This document shows, in pieces, positions 19,001 through 19,530 of a stretch of 19,530 nucleotides of DNA. The translations under genes were made by a program, and so were the position numbers. The stretch's first letter is position 1; every line of letters starts with the position of its first letter. The notes under the pieces are model-generated. The model was given only the letters and a program-made list of their open reading frames with translations. It was not told where the DNA came from and did not search any database. Source of the stretch: Paraphysomonas bandaiensis (Eukaryota > Protista > Chrysophyceae); the NCBI GenBank assembly GCA_965644295.1, contig CBFFRP010000654.1, positions 1-19,530 on the forward strand, in the 5' to 3' direction.

Positions 19001-19530
19001 TGTAGCATTACTGCTCCCATTCCATGTCCCTTCCTACAGGCATCTACTCTGATCTCAAATGGTTTTCGGTTGTCAACTAACATCAAGCAGGGCGCAGTCG
19101 TCAACGCTTCTTTCAACTCGTCTACCGCCTTTTCATGACGCTCTCCCCATCTTTCTGTTATCACTACCCCTTTTCTCGTCAGCTCATGTAGTGGCGCTAC
19201 CATCTCAGCATAACCATCTATAAAATTTCGATAGTAGATGGTCATTCCTATAAACGATCTCACAGCCTTCACATCTTGTGGGTATGCTAGTTCCCTAATC
19301 GCTTTCACTGCTTCGGGATTCGGGTATTTCCCATGTTCATCGATGATATATCCTAAGAAAGCAATCCGTGGATGGTTTATATGCATCTTCGACCTCTTAA
19401 ATGTCAGATCTCTCGCTTCCAGACATCGGAACACCTTTCCCAAGGTTCTGTAGTGATCTTTAAACGTCCTGGAATGAATCGCCACATCATCTTGGTACAC
19501 TATTCCTTCATCCTGATGTATTGAAGCAAA
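16009..19530 (-). CDS. Gypsy Pol polyprotein (partial): RT, RNase H (about 18685-19062), SET (about 17884-18240), unknown domain (about 17425-17622), integrase
   Basis: Frame is open to the window edge (FASIHQDEGIVYQDD). RT: YQDD, AFLG, RSFIG. RNase H: VDAC, EIE, YTDH, ADAVSR. SET: GAGEGLFA, YCNDP, EIFLSYGVEYW. Integrase: HHCC (FHEGLGH...CISC), HID...VSD-x35-E (SNGLVE), RFEGPYKV. Confidence 0.95.
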   Translation of the reverse strand, partial: FASIHQDEGIVYQDDVAIHSRTFKDHYRTLGKVFRCLEARDLTFKRSKMHINHPRIAFLGYIIDEHGKYPNPEAVKAIRELAYPQDVKAVRSFIGMTIYYRNFIDGYAEMVAPLHELTRKGVVITERWGERHEKAVDELKEALTTAPCLMLVDNRKPFEIRVDACRKGHGMGAVMLQPDEEENRRPVGYWSKGLTATEREYAPTEIECKALHDCLMYWDVYVRGALEVDVYTDHNCLVYMYKGQTASNNGRLMRYLLDLMGLSFRLHYKQGTKHMDADAVSRLLQRGEEPVYLTADDLEWDKGTVTEEDLLLAKDLEMKRRKMIERAQKRKKKTPERSQDKEKQENKDEEEVIKIINALTRRRNMGSKMEGEENMKKYLKRFGKSDRVLRPKKKGIEPVREAPHRADWETLDSPEDLSDMRRKRKKGYNRVKVLKSTIEGAGEGLFATKYMKEGSIVCDYEGERPSQDEIEKEEYDKDYVFSVPMGGGEYAYIDARDRNSCYGRYCNDPIDDSLVNARVKVKGKKLLVIATTTIRPGDEIFLSYGVEYWKDRLHLLTSEQSAKIQQESRRKKIQEQRGERSKKTVEETPGNGEEQVGEAAKTKAIRVKEAVQGLSELEEEKYVYDNQLQCPELAEKLQYLVGKKFIDDENGQLYEVQKIFYSHSEKAVLGYRRSLTGKAHKYDDDPFYVHGPSGLLMLTDLYDVEHEDDDAKWPTTPLQWRAEQMRDEQLREWDKEMNEGEVKEVEKGLVISKRDMGEGVYGIHRRWTPAGRTIWQRWVPERLKRTCIKIFHEGLGHAGATRAVNTMALHYYGENMKEELGVHCRTCISCKLRQAYYRRPKVPTMEYPEVKEPMERLHIDLVVDLPETDNGNKHILVCKDSKSKFVWLFPLADKEAESVAQALVKEVYNAFGVPKMVVSDRGREFRNQLDTKLAELYRIHRVCTTPQNPRSNGLVENMNKTLKDQLHHYINARQSDWDVFLTTVQLMYNSTVNAATGYTPFYMMFGRESSTPERVGMCELEEQNSVMGEERDVDEAWVDKLTTALQWAWVVTTQRTRNNWLRMNRDTHTHAAEIRHEEGRKDCKIRHLPFKEYQVGDLFFRRRCPVRAFSSASDKEKYKVSMKLQPRFEGPYKVTKRINPVLYETMINGKTVRVHATNMKPDSYVERPIQVSD

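Larger units (their letters stand above)
15021..19530 (-). mobile_element. Ty3/Gypsy LTR retrotransposon carrying a SET domain; 5' part beyond the right edge
   Basis: Domain order RT-RNase H-integrase, GPY/F motif, PPT, and TG...CA LTR. Confidence 0.93.

Noticed and set aside
16133-19453. Short plus-strand ORFs within the Gypsy pol (and likewise within the LINE)
   Set aside because: Antisense shadows of the long minus-strand ORFs, with low-complexity S/F/L composition.

Overview
Eukaryotic (probably protist) genomic DNA, inferred from short GT-AG introns of mostly 46-59 bp and the standard genetic code. A divergent pair of intron-containing host genes sits in the middle: TFIIH p44/SSL1 (minus, 3 exons) and a kinesin-14 with a C-terminal motor (plus, 14 exons). 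Two retrotransposons of different classes flank them, both cut by the window edges. On the left is a non-LTR (LINE) element with a long polyprotein reading OTU-like cysteine protease - SET - APE endonuclease - RT, with one frameshift. On the right is a Ty3/Gypsy element whose Pol reads RT - RNase H - SET - small unknown domain - integrase, followed by a PPT and a 3' LTR. The main observation is that both unrelated retroelements carry an in-frame, mutually similar, minimal SET (lysine methyltransferase-like) domain with an atypical NDP motif in place of NHS. This suggests a shared, mobile chromatin-writer cargo module. A conserved GNRA-capped hairpin motif also occurs four times in element-associated DNA.
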